Source: Escherichia phage OSYSP
DNA length: 64,000 nt
Strand: one strand, 5' to 3'
Sequence record: MF402939
Each line of letters starts with the position of its first letter. The stretch's first letter is position 1. The position numbers were made by a program, and so were the translations under genes. Positions 15,132 to 23,407 of this stretch are shown here, one piece after another. The notes below the pieces were generated by a model, which did not search any database, was not told where the DNA came from, and saw nothing but the letters and a program-made list of their open reading frames with translations.

Positions 15132-15160
15132 ATTATACGGAAATTTAAGTATTTAAGCAA
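15132..15160 (-). promoter_or_regulatory. sigma70-type promoter (TTGCTT-17-TATAAT)
   Basis: Consensus hexamers on minus strand. Confidence 0.6.
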
Positions 15161-15168
15161 GTAAATTT

Positions 15169-15636
15169 TTAAGTTTTAGTGACAACAGGTTTATAAAACG
15201 TATGTCCCTTAATCTTAGTTGTTTTCTTAAACTTCTTTGTCCAGTAAGGTTTATCTTTACCACTATGGAAGTATAGTGCTCCATATGTAGGATCTTGTGG
15301 TAAATCAACGTAGTATATCACTCTAGCTAAATTCTTAGCGGTTTGCCAAGCCTCATCAGTTTTATCAACTTTTGGTCTCTTAGATACCCAAGAGAACTGG
15401 TTAGACTGATATACTACTTTACAGTAGGAATCTGGGAATTTACCGGAGTTTACACGGTTTTTAGTAACGTGTGCAATCGCCGTCATTCCCTTTATGCCCT
15501 CACCACGACTTTCGAAATAGATATTTTTAGCAATGCAATCTATTTCTTTTGCATCGTGCGATGCCTGACTACTAAAGCTGAAGGTAAGGGCAGCTACTAA
15601 AAGCAAAGCTGCCTTCATTCTTTTTACTCCTGCCAA
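15169..15636 (-). CDS. secreted cell-wall hydrolase, SleB/CwlJ-like domain, with signal peptide
   Basis: 155 aa; N-terminal signal peptide (MKAALLLVAALTFSFSSQA); core resembles the SleB/Hydrolase_2 family; start overlaps upstream gene. Confidence 0.55.
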   Translation of the reverse strand: MAGVKRMKAALLLVAALTFSFSSQASHDAKEIDCIAKNIYFESRGEGIKGMTAIAHVTKNRVNSGKFPDSYCKVVYQSNQFSWVSKRPKVDKTDEAWQTAKNLARVIYYVDLPQDPTYGALYFHSGKDKPYWTKKFKKTTKIKGHTFYKPVVTKT

Positions 15637-15941
15637 TCATATTCAACACGATTGGGGTTTTCTTTGTACCCTAAGTCAAGCAAATCATTACGCATATGTT
15701 GCTTAGCTACTGGGTTCGAGGTTACTAGTACCACTTTCTTTGGTCTCTGCCCAAATTCTAAGAGTAAACGAAGAATTTGATAACCTTCCATACCATCTAC
15801 AGCCAAGTCATTATCCATATAAACGAAGTGGCCTGTGGTATCAGTTTTATTCAGAAACTCTACAGCGGCTTCTGGGGTTCGAATGATAATGTCCATTCCG
15901 TGAAGATTACGCACATCATCAATCAAAATATGAAAAGTCAT
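15624..15941 (-). CDS. stand-alone receiver (CheY-like REC) domain-like protein
   Basis: 105 aa; HILIDDV...VYMDNDL...DGMEGYQILR...VVLVTSNP pattern resembles a response-regulator receiver fold; GAGG SD. Confidence 0.45.
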   Translation of the reverse strand: MTFHILIDDVRNLHGMDIIIRTPEAAVEFLNKTDTTGHFVYMDNDLAVDGMEGYQILRLLLEFGQRPKKVVLVTSNPVAKQHMRNDLLDLGYKENPNRVEYDWQE

Positions 15942-15971
15942 AATAGCCTCGTTTCATCAATTTAAAAATAT

Positions 15972-16000
15972 ATTATACAGATAACTTAATAAATTAGCAA
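15972..16000 (-). promoter_or_regulatory. sigma70-type promoter (TTGCTA-17-TATAAT)
   Basis: Consensus hexamers on minus strand upstream of the receiver/hydrolase/YqeY operon. Confidence 0.6.
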
Positions 16001-16383
16001 ATACATTTTTAAATTGTGAAACTAGTAAACCGATAAACAGCCTAGAGGCGCCACAGGCCATATCTTATGAGCCATGTACCTTTGATCTAGGGTTTGAATC
16101 ATCAACGAATACTTTGCATCTTTTAGCTTTAGAAGTTTAGAAGTTTGAGTTCTTTAAACTTTTCAGCTTTCATACTTAAATGTTGATCTTTGAAGTTGTG
16201 TCGGTAATATCAACGACGCTTTGTTCTTACGTGTCAGCTTAAAAGGCTGGTGTAATAAACATAATCTCCAATAGATTATACTTTATAGTATGGTCAGCGG
16301 TCTTATTTAACCTCGTATTTCAACCGCTGCTGCGAGGTAAGATGCTTGGGCTTTCGTCTACCGATTTACTAGCTTTTAAATTA

Positions 16384-17022
16384 TTACTCTACTTCAATAA
16401 AGGTAGAGGCGTTAGACTCGGACAGAACAAAGTCAACATTTGTTGCAAAGTCCTGGTATTCCTCGTCATGCTGCTTAATCAGCTTCTCCAGTTCCAGCGG
16501 ATCAATCAAGAATGGAGTATTCTTGAGTTCTAGCAGATTGAGCTGCATTTTAACTTCATCTTCGGAAGTTTTCTTATCGCGGGTAGCCATGCTATCCTGC
16601 AAACGCTCATATTTAGCATCAAACTGTGCTTTCTGCGTATTAAACTTAACCGTAGCGGCATGGAACTGCTTACGCATGTTAGCCAACAGCTGAGCTTTAA
16701 GCTCCATAGAACGCTTAGCTTCAATTGCTTCCGCAACAGTCATCTTACGAGAGCCAATCTCAACGATTGTTTCCGCATTGCTCTTAATCAGAGCAGCTTT
16801 GATACAATCACGCTGGGACATCATATCTAGGAGAGATTGGAAATCTGCCTTAATACGAGCAGATAGATCGTCTACTTCGATTGCAGCGCCAACTACAACC
16901 TTATTTTTATCCTTACCTTCACCAACAGCGATCAGAAGCTGTTGTTCAGTAGCTTTACGGATTTTAGCTTCCAGAGATTTGATAGTTGCCAGAGCGCGAG
17001 TTTTAGAAATACGAGTAGTCAT
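16384..17022 (-). CDS. hypothetical protein (212 aa)
   Basis: ORF track; AAGGA SD. Confidence 0.65.
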   Translation of the reverse strand: MTTRISKTRALATIKSLEAKIRKATEQQLLIAVGEGKDKNKVVVGAAIEVDDLSARIKADFQSLLDMMSQRDCIKAALIKSNAETIVEIGSRKMTVAEAIEAKRSMELKAQLLANMRKQFHAATVKFNTQKAQFDAKYERLQDSMATRDKKTSEDEVKMQLNLLELKNTPFLIDPLELEKLIKQHDEEYQDFATNVDFVLSESNASTFIEVE

Positions 17023-17075
17023 TATTTGCTTCCTTATATGAAGTTTGAGATTTGAATTTGTTTAAATTTGATCTA

Positions 17076-17258
17076 TTACAGACCAATTGCCAGCAGAGTG
17101 CGCAGAACAGTATCATTACTGTTATCAATTTTAGGATTAGCACGATTTAACAGATCAAAGATTTTCTGGATACCTGATTGACGTTCAGCCATACGACGGA
17201 TACCCAGATTACGAGTAGCTTTCTTACCATTTTTACGAACATTTTTAGATACTGGCAT
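17076..17258 (-). CDS. small basic hypothetical protein (60 aa)
   Basis: ORF track; AAGGA SD; downstream of promoter 17299-17327. Confidence 0.5.
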   Translation of the reverse strand: MPVSKNVRKNGKKATRNLGIRRMAERQSGIQKIFDLLNRANPKIDNSNDTVLRTLLAIGL

Positions 17259-17298
17259 ATTTGTTTTCCTTTTATTGTTTTCTCAAATTTATGAATAT

Positions 17299-17327
17299 AT
17301 TATACAGAATTTTGGAGCCGGAAGCAA
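17299..17327 (-). promoter_or_regulatory. sigma70-type promoter (TTGCTT-17-TATAAT)
   Basis: Consensus hexamers on minus strand. Confidence 0.6.
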
Positions 17328-17328
17328 A

Positions 17329-18030
17329 TCAAATTTTCATTTTTTCGATCATAGCTGCAACACAATAGCTTTCAACTAAGGCATCAAATGCAGGATCATG
17401 CTTAACCGGATAGATCCCATAACGAATGGTGTCCATCTTCTCCATTTTAGCTATTGCCCAGCTAATACCTTCGGTCTCTAGAGCCTTATAACTGTATCCA
17501 GCTTGCATCCAGAGATTACGAAGAGATCGAACATTACCCAAATTCCAGAATTTCCACGGAACTACCTCTTCATTGGTTCCAGCATGGAACGTGTTTGCAG
17601 AGTATATAGTCATATCAAACTCTGGGCCATTGCCATAATACAAAGCATTTTCGCCTAGAGCCAACTCCATAATATTTTGAGTCATAGAGAAGGCAGCATA
17701 GTTTGAGCCTAATTTATTAGTGCAATGATGTTTACCATTTTGGAAGGCAATCAGTTTTGGATTACGTTCCTTCATAGCTTCCATAATGTGAATAGCAGAC
17801 GGGCTATTTTTAGCTTGATCCATCCAGAATGCTAGAGTAGATGCTGTAACTTTGGCACCAGAATTAAGCTGATCCTGCACATCCAAAGTAACAAATACTA
17901 AGTCAGGGTCTTTATCAATCCCATGCATAGCCACAAAAGCGAAAGAAGGCATTGCAATATGAGTAGTACCACAATCTCCTGGAGTTCCTAGAGATTCAAT
18001 ATCTAGCATACCAAATGGTTTTACTTTCAT
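17329..18030 (-). CDS. DEDDh-type 3'-5' exonuclease-like protein
   Basis: 233 aa; MLDIESLG (Exo I D-x-E) and HDPAFDALVESY (Exo III H-x4-D) motifs; AAGGA SD. Confidence 0.5.
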   Translation of the reverse strand: MKVKPFGMLDIESLGTPGDCGTTHIAMPSFAFVAMHGIDKDPDLVFVTLDVQDQLNSGAKVTASTLAFWMDQAKNSPSAIHIMEAMKERNPKLIAFQNGKHHCTNKLGSNYAAFSMTQNIMELALGENALYYGNGPEFDMTIYSANTFHAGTNEEVVPWKFWNLGNVRSLRNLWMQAGYSYKALETEGISWAIAKMEKMDTIRYGIYPVKHDPAFDALVESYCVAAMIEKMKI

Positions 18031-18058
18031 AACTTATCCTTTATTGTGTAGAAAACTA

Positions 18059-18295
18059 TTAAAGAGCTGTCTCTTTAATAGACTCCCACTTCTTGGGGTC
18101 TTTAAAACCAGGAAGCATATCCTCACTGACATCCCAGTTCTCTTCCATAGAGAAGTCGGGCCATTCATTCCAGCTACCTTCCAGCTCTTCATAACAGGTA
18201 TCTATTACCTCATGACTAGAAAGTCGTGTATAATCCCTAGCTGACTTATGTGTGCTAGCACGGTTAAAATCATTCTTTGCTACAAAATTACGCAT
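18059..18295 (-). CDS. hypothetical acidic protein (78 aa)
   Basis: ORF track; GGAGA SD. Confidence 0.55.
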   Translation of the reverse strand: MRNFVAKNDFNRASTHKSARDYTRLSSHEVIDTCYEELEGSWNEWPDFSMEENWDVSEDMLPGFKDPKKWESIKETAL

Positions 18296-18336
18296 AGTTT
18301 CTCCAAATAAGAGGGGCTTTCGCCCCCTGATTTAAA

Positions 18337-18552
18337 TTACTTGCCCAGCAGTTTAAGGATATTTTCCATAATAGTTTGGGCAGATTTTTCACTCTTGTTG
18401 GTTTCAGCCAACTTTAAAGCGAGTTCTTCCTGCTGTTTCTGAATATCCGCAGCAATTTTTTGATCAGCCTCAATACGAGCTTGAAGCTCATCAGTGATAG
18501 TGGTAAAGGAAGCAACGATTTCAGTAACGGAACGTGGTTTCTTAGAGAACAT
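18337..18552 (-). CDS. hypothetical protein (71 aa, coiled coil)
   Basis: ORF track; AAGGA SD. Confidence 0.55.
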   Translation of the reverse strand: MFSKKPRSVTEIVASFTTITDELQARIEADQKIAADIQKQQEELALKLAETNKSEKSAQTIMENILKLLGK

Positions 18553-18616
18553 AAAAAATATCCTTGATTAGTTAGAGAATCAGTAGATTGTAGGGGCTCT
18601 CGCCCCTATTTATCTA

Positions 18617-19132
18617 TTACTTCGCTTTACGCTTGCGAGCTGGTTTAGCAGATTTACGAGCAGAATCACCCGTGAACTTAATACCTACACCGTAACACAG
18701 AGCACGAACATTATCCTTGCTATATTCTACGCCAAAGATATTTGGCTTAACAGAACCAAACTGGCCACGAGTATCACGCAGTACATCTGCCGTTGGTTTA
18801 CGCTTCTGGTTAACTGCTTTCTCATAGTCTTTCATGGCCATGCCATTACGAGAGAACAATTCAGCTCCAGCATTGAAACTCAGTGTTACTGAAACAGATT
18901 TGTGGCCATAACCCTGTACATAGGTCACAAGGCGGGCTACAGAACGAGTAGCATTCTTAGCCTTCGGCTTTTGACGAATCGGAGCCGGACGATTCAGTGC
19001 CTGTGCAGCTTGAGCATCAGTAGGGTGCTTGCGCAGGTGGCGTTCCAGACGAGCTTTGCGGTTAGCCTCAGTCTGCGGGAAAGTTTTAACTGTAGTAGCT
19101 GCTTGAGTTTTTGCGTTTTTCTGCTTAGCCAT
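18617..19132 (-). CDS. basic hypothetical protein (171 aa), possible nucleic-acid binding
   Basis: ORF track; Lys/Arg-rich termini; AAGGA SD. Confidence 0.6.
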   Translation of the reverse strand: MAKQKNAKTQAATTVKTFPQTEANRKARLERHLRKHPTDAQAAQALNRPAPIRQKPKAKNATRSVARLVTYVQGYGHKSVSVTLSFNAGAELFSRNGMAMKDYEKAVNQKRKPTADVLRDTRGQFGSVKPNIFGVEYSKDNVRALCYGVGIKFTGDSARKSAKPARKRKAK

Positions 19133-19170
19133 TATTTGTTTTCCTTTTTGTTTATCAATTTATGAAGTAT

Positions 19171-19199
19171 ATTATACGAGAATTTGAAGCGTTTAGCAA
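19171..19199 (-). promoter_or_regulatory. sigma70-type promoter (TTGCTA-17-TATAAT)
   Basis: Consensus hexamers on minus strand. Confidence 0.6.
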
Positions 19200-19207
19200 A
19201 TGAATTT

Positions 19208-19657
19208 TTAATTTATTAACTGTAATCTTCTTTTAATTTCAGACCTTACCTGCATCAAAAGAACTCCCAAAGTATTATCCCCGATGCCTCGGCAAACACC
19301 CCAATATGTATCTCCCCAGGTATTTCCTTCAATCAAAGTTGCACTTTCTGTTGCTAACAGTTTATCTCTCAAATCAGGGATTGCAAACTTTAACCGTAAA
19401 AGCTCTAGCATTACATCATCTTTTACCTTATCCCAGTCAGAGCGTAGAGTTAATTTACGTCCTCTACGTTTAGCAACTCCTGCATTCAGGGAGCGTAGTA
19501 CATGAGCTACATCATCTTTTTGGTCGGATTTTATAGCCTGAAAAGCATGTTCTACAGTATCAGCATGCCATATTTCATTTAGATATTCGAAAGTAATTGG
19601 TGATAAATAAAAGTTAGATAAGAAACTATAAGCACCTTTAAATTCAGTAATCTTCAT
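19208..19657 (-). CDS. NADAR (YbiA-like, DUF1768) domain protein
   Basis: 149 aa; matches YbiA pattern: YSFLSNFY, W..DTVEHAFQAIK, KRRGRK, LL.LKF, LLAT....LIEGN..GD.YWG...G.G.N.LG.LLM.VR. Confidence 0.75.
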   Translation of the reverse strand: MKITEFKGAYSFLSNFYLSPITFEYLNEIWHADTVEHAFQAIKSDQKDDVAHVLRSLNAGVAKRRGRKLTLRSDWDKVKDDVMLELLRLKFAIPDLRDKLLATESATLIEGNTWGDTYWGVCRGIGDNTLGVLLMQVRSEIKRRLQLIN

Positions 19658-19938
19658 TTTTTACGCCCCGCATCTTTAGCCTCTTCGGCTGTATAGATAT
19701 ACTGATAAGCCCCTTTGGAGTAGGCTGGAGCAGTACACATTTTCTTACGCTCAATCTCTTCTTGAGCTTTTCTTTCGCGTTCAGCTAATTCTTCATCCAG
19801 ATAAACTAAACGTTGTTCTGGAGGAGGTGGAAGACGTGTTTCTGGCTCACCAATATTAGCCTTTCTTATTTGACGAGGTGATTGTGCACGTTTTCTCAAC
19901 GGTTTAAATCCTAATGAATTTGAGTTATAAATTCGCAT
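19654..19938 (-). CDS. hypothetical protein (94 aa)
   Basis: ORF track; GAGGAGG SD; translationally coupled to NADAR gene (ATGA overlap). Confidence 0.6.
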   Translation of the reverse strand: MRIYNSNSLGFKPLRKRAQSPRQIRKANIGEPETRLPPPPEQRLVYLDEELAERERKAQEEIERKKMCTAPAYSKGAYQYIYTAEEAKDAGRKK

Positions 19939-20014
19939 AAAGCCCTCCTCACTTTCAATACGAATATTATACTAAATTAGAGGGCTTTAAGCAAGAAGAT
20001 TTTTAATTTATTTA

Positions 20015-20491
20015 TCACATCTCGGCCATTTCAGCTTCAGTAATAACTGTGTTACACAGTGCATCTACAGCTTCATTACCACTAATACCAGAATGTCCTT
20101 TAACCTTAATAAAGGTAGGATTAGTATTATGAAAGTTGATATACTGCTGTGTTAATTTAAATGCTTCCTGCCAAAGTTCTAGATTAAGAGGAACTTCACC
20201 ATCTGCTTTCTTCCAGCCTTTCCTTTGCCAAGAAAACATCCAACTTTCCATACCATTTTTGCAATAAGCAGAGTCAGTATAGATAACAATTGGTCTATTA
20301 TCTTTTTTAACGGACCAACGTAGAGCTTCTACAATAGCTGTGAGTTCCATCTCATTATTTGTAGTTTTAGGACTATAACCAGATTTAGAGCCTAAACGAT
20401 CGTCGTTATCATCATAGACAATAAAACCCCAAGCACCTGGGCCTGGGTTAGACTTACAAGCACCATCTGTGTAAATGTGGAAAACCGACAT
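20015..20491 (-). CDS. rnhA: ribonuclease H (RNase HI family)
   Basis: 158 aa; IYTDGAC..NPGPG, ELTAI, TDS.Y, W...W...GWK, GHSG...NE.VD motifs. Confidence 0.85.
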   Translation of the reverse strand: MSVFHIYTDGACKSNPGPGAWGFIVYDDNDDRLGSKSGYSPKTTNNEMELTAIVEALRWSVKKDNRPIVIYTDSAYCKNGMESWMFSWQRKGWKKADGEVPLNLELWQEAFKLTQQYINFHNTNPTFIKVKGHSGISGNEAVDALCNTVITEAEMAEM

Positions 20492-20691
20492 TATTTTTCA
20501 CCTTCTGTTATCTCTTTAGTTTTTGACTGGGTAGGAGGCTTGGGTTTTATAGCCTCTAACTCTCTATCCAGAAATTCCTCTATTGCTCTATCTACAAAAT
20601 AATCATATGGTAAATGATAATATTCTGATAGAGTAAGAAGTTTGAGTTCTTGCTTTTCTGTTAAATAAACTTTCTTTCTAAAGAGTCCCAT
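20491..20691 (-). CDS. hypothetical protein (66 aa)
   Basis: ORF track; GGAGA SD; coupled to rnh. Confidence 0.55.
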   Translation of the reverse strand: MGLFRKKVYLTEKQELKLLTLSEYYHLPYDYFVDRAIEEFLDRELEAIKPKPPTQSKTKEITEGEK

Positions 20692-20785
20692 ATGTGTATC
20701 TCCAATTTATAAAATATATTATATTTAAATTTCACTAAATAAGCAAATGAAATTTAAATATAATAGCCCCGAAGGGCTATTTGAG

Positions 20786-21625
20786 TTAAGAAGACATCTT
20801 AGCTTTAAGAGCTGGGTGAGGGTCGTACCCCTCTAAATGGAATGACCAAGCTGCCGTATTATTTTCTAATAAATCGTAAAGATCTACAAACTCTGGCATT
20901 ACTAGAGTTGGCAGAGGGCGTGGCTTGCGTTTTACCTGTTCTTCTACCTGTTCCATGTGGTCATTATAGATATGAGTATCACCGCCGCTAAAGATAAGAT
21001 AACGAGGTTTTAATCCTGTCAGTTTTGCTAATATATGCGTTAATAAAGCATAACTAGCAATATTGAAAGGTAAACCGAGGAAACAATCCACAGAGCGTTG
21101 TGTCCATTTAAGATCTAGGTATCCATCGTTACTTACATAGCACTGGAAGCCGTAGTGACAAGGTGGTAATGCCATTTTATCAAGTTCAGCTACGTTCCAT
21201 GCAGAAACTAGATGTCTGCGGCCATGGGGATTATTCTTGAGTCCTTCAATAAGCTCTAGAATCTGATCTCGCCCACCAAAGTTACGCCACTGTTTACCAT
21301 ATACCGGTCCTAGATTACCCTTATCATACCCCATACTTATAGCTTGGTCTTCATAATTTGGAGTCCAGATGGTCCACTGTCCTTCGTCACGCCCAAATGT
21401 GAATACACGTAGATCATGAAGATTTGTGGAACCAGACAAGAACCATAAAAGTTCTCCTACTACTGATTTCCAGGCCAGGCGTTTAGTAGTTACAGCCGGG
21501 AACCCTTCACGTAGATCGAACTTAGCATAGGAATCAAAAATTGAAACTGTGCCTGTTCCTGTACGGTCATTACGGGGTTCACCTAATAAAATTACATCTG
21601 TCAAAATTTTTAAGTATTGTTGCAT
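20786..21625 (-). CDS. thyA: thymidylate synthase
   Basis: 279 aa; ThyA signatures (LAWKSVVGELLWFLSG, active-site PPCH, FQCYV, FLGLPFNIASYALL). Confidence 0.9.
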   Translation of the reverse strand: MQQYLKILTDVILLGEPRNDRTGTGTVSIFDSYAKFDLREGFPAVTTKRLAWKSVVGELLWFLSGSTNLHDLRVFTFGRDEGQWTIWTPNYEDQAISMGYDKGNLGPVYGKQWRNFGGRDQILELIEGLKNNPHGRRHLVSAWNVAELDKMALPPCHYGFQCYVSNDGYLDLKWTQRSVDCFLGLPFNIASYALLTHILAKLTGLKPRYLIFSGGDTHIYNDHMEQVEEQVKRKPRPLPTLVMPEFVDLYDLLENNTAAWSFHLEGYDPHPALKAKMSS

Positions 21626-22158
21626 TAATAAGTAACCAATTCCTGTACAAATCGCAGGCTGTTATCACTGTTTGCGCCAACTGCATAGACTAATCGAGTG
21701 GATTCATAGTTATAATCCAGTATCATACTATCTAAGTGTATATCTGCCTCTAGCTTCTGTTCGCTAAAGATTGTAGATACAAAAGCACTTTCTATATGCC
21801 CATGTTGGTACATTTCTAGAAGAAGATTAGCTCCACCTAGAACTACTGTTTGCTGATCTTTTAGAAAAGTAGGTAATGTATCACCTATCATTGATATGGG
21901 AGTGTAAATATCATGCGTAATATCGTCTGGCAATGGACGATCAGCACGAATAAATAGGTCAGAAGCTCCAATCATACGTTCCCTAACGGCATATGGAAGA
22001 GCTAAATAAGTACCTGCCCCAATAATAATATTATCAGGATTTAGTACATCTAATTGTGAATAAAAAGCATCTAGTTCTTCTTTAAAAGAACCCCAGGGAA
22101 GTTTACCACGGAGGCCGAACTCCCCATTCGGCCCAACTGCATACATTGCTGTAATCAT
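21625..22158 (-). CDS. dihydrofolate reductase-like protein
   Basis: 177 aa; N-terminal MITAMYAVGPNGEFG...LPW pattern; sits between thyA and nrdB as in T5-like phages. Confidence 0.65.
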   Translation of the reverse strand: MITAMYAVGPNGEFGLRGKLPWGSFKEELDAFYSQLDVLNPDNIIIGAGTYLALPYAVRERMIGASDLFIRADRPLPDDITHDIYTPISMIGDTLPTFLKDQQTVVLGGANLLLEMYQHGHIESAFVSTIFSEQKLEADIHLDSMILDYNYESTRLVYAVGANSDNSLRFVQELVTY

Positions 22159-23300
22159 AGGAAATCTCCAAATTCATTGCCCAGATCTTTCAGAGTATCA
22201 GTAGAGGTCTCAGTTACCTGACCTACACGGTAGGCTGCACCAATCTGGATTTCTTGTGGAGCAGGCTGTAGGGAAGTAGTATCCAACCAGTTCATGATCC
22301 ACGGAATAGGGTTTTTGGTGATTACTGGTAAGTGATTAGGCCATTCTACACCAATGTGCATAAATGCATTACGCCCCACAAAGTACAAGTATTCTTCTAG
22401 AAGTTCTGCATTCAAACCAATCAGACTACGACCTTTGAAAATGAAATGACCCCATTCAATTTCAGTTTTCAGAGTTTTCAGAAGCTGTGCTGGTGCTTTA
22501 GCCACTGCTTCATCTACCAGATCTTTGTCAAACTGCTGGAACATAATCTGGATGATTGTTTTAGACATCTGCGTGTGAAGGGCCTCATCCTTAGCAATCA
22601 ACTGCAGATTTTTAGCAATACCTTGCAGGATATCGTTCTCTGCTAACGCAAAGGTACATGCAAAGGATGCGTAGAATTGCATTGCTTCTAGACCGTAGAT
22701 TGCAAAATAAGCATCTAACAGTTTAGCCTGAGTTTCACGCTTAACTTCAGGGAACTCAGTTTCTGGGTATGTATTGTCACCACGATGATCACGTACTGCG
22801 ATGAAATACTGACCTAACTGATACAGTTCATCGAACAGTTCAACAGAATCTGCGATACGTGCGAATGCTTCTTGGTTTTTGGTTACAGAATCAATAAATT
22901 CTGCTGGATCAGTCAGCACATTACGAATAATATTGCTATAGGCACGGCTATGCAGGTCTTCGAAGTAGCTCCACTGCTTTAGCATTCCTTCCAATTCTGG
23001 ACGACTTACAAGTGGCATAATAGCTGCTTCAGGAGCACGACTGATAAAGGAATCTGTTTGGGTCTGCCATGCTAAGTTCAGGAGTGTAATTTCCTGAATT
23101 TCACGTGGGAGGTTAGGCCATTGTTTCTTATCTGCTTCCAGACTGATTTCAGTTTCAGTCCAAAATTGAGAGCGTTGCAGAAGTGCCAGACGCTCTAATT
23201 CTGGATGTGCTACACGCACATAATCTGCGATACCTAGAGAATCGCCCAGGAAAAGATCAGCGTTAGTATGATCCCAATTCAGGTTTAGTAAAGTAGTCAT
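22155..23300 (-). CDS. nrdB: ribonucleotide reductase class Ia beta subunit
   Basis: 381 aa; ferritin-like di-iron radical protein pattern; directly downstream of nrdA. Confidence 0.8.
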   Translation of the reverse strand: MTTLLNLNWDHTNADLFLGDSLGIADYVRVAHPELERLALLQRSQFWTETEISLEADKKQWPNLPREIQEITLLNLAWQTQTDSFISRAPEAAIMPLVSRPELEGMLKQWSYFEDLHSRAYSNIIRNVLTDPAEFIDSVTKNQEAFARIADSVELFDELYQLGQYFIAVRDHRGDNTYPETEFPEVKRETQAKLLDAYFAIYGLEAMQFYASFACTFALAENDILQGIAKNLQLIAKDEALHTQMSKTIIQIMFQQFDKDLVDEAVAKAPAQLLKTLKTEIEWGHFIFKGRSLIGLNAELLEEYLYFVGRNAFMHIGVEWPNHLPVITKNPIPWIMNWLDTTSLQPAPQEIQIGAAYRVGQVTETSTDTLKDLGNEFGDFL

Positions 23301-23407
23301 TGATTTTCCTCTTTCTCACTATTTCAGGAATATTATAGCAAATCAGGTAGCGATTAGCAAGTAAAATTTCAAAGAAAAAGGAGACCCGAAGATCTCCTTG
23401 TTTTTTA

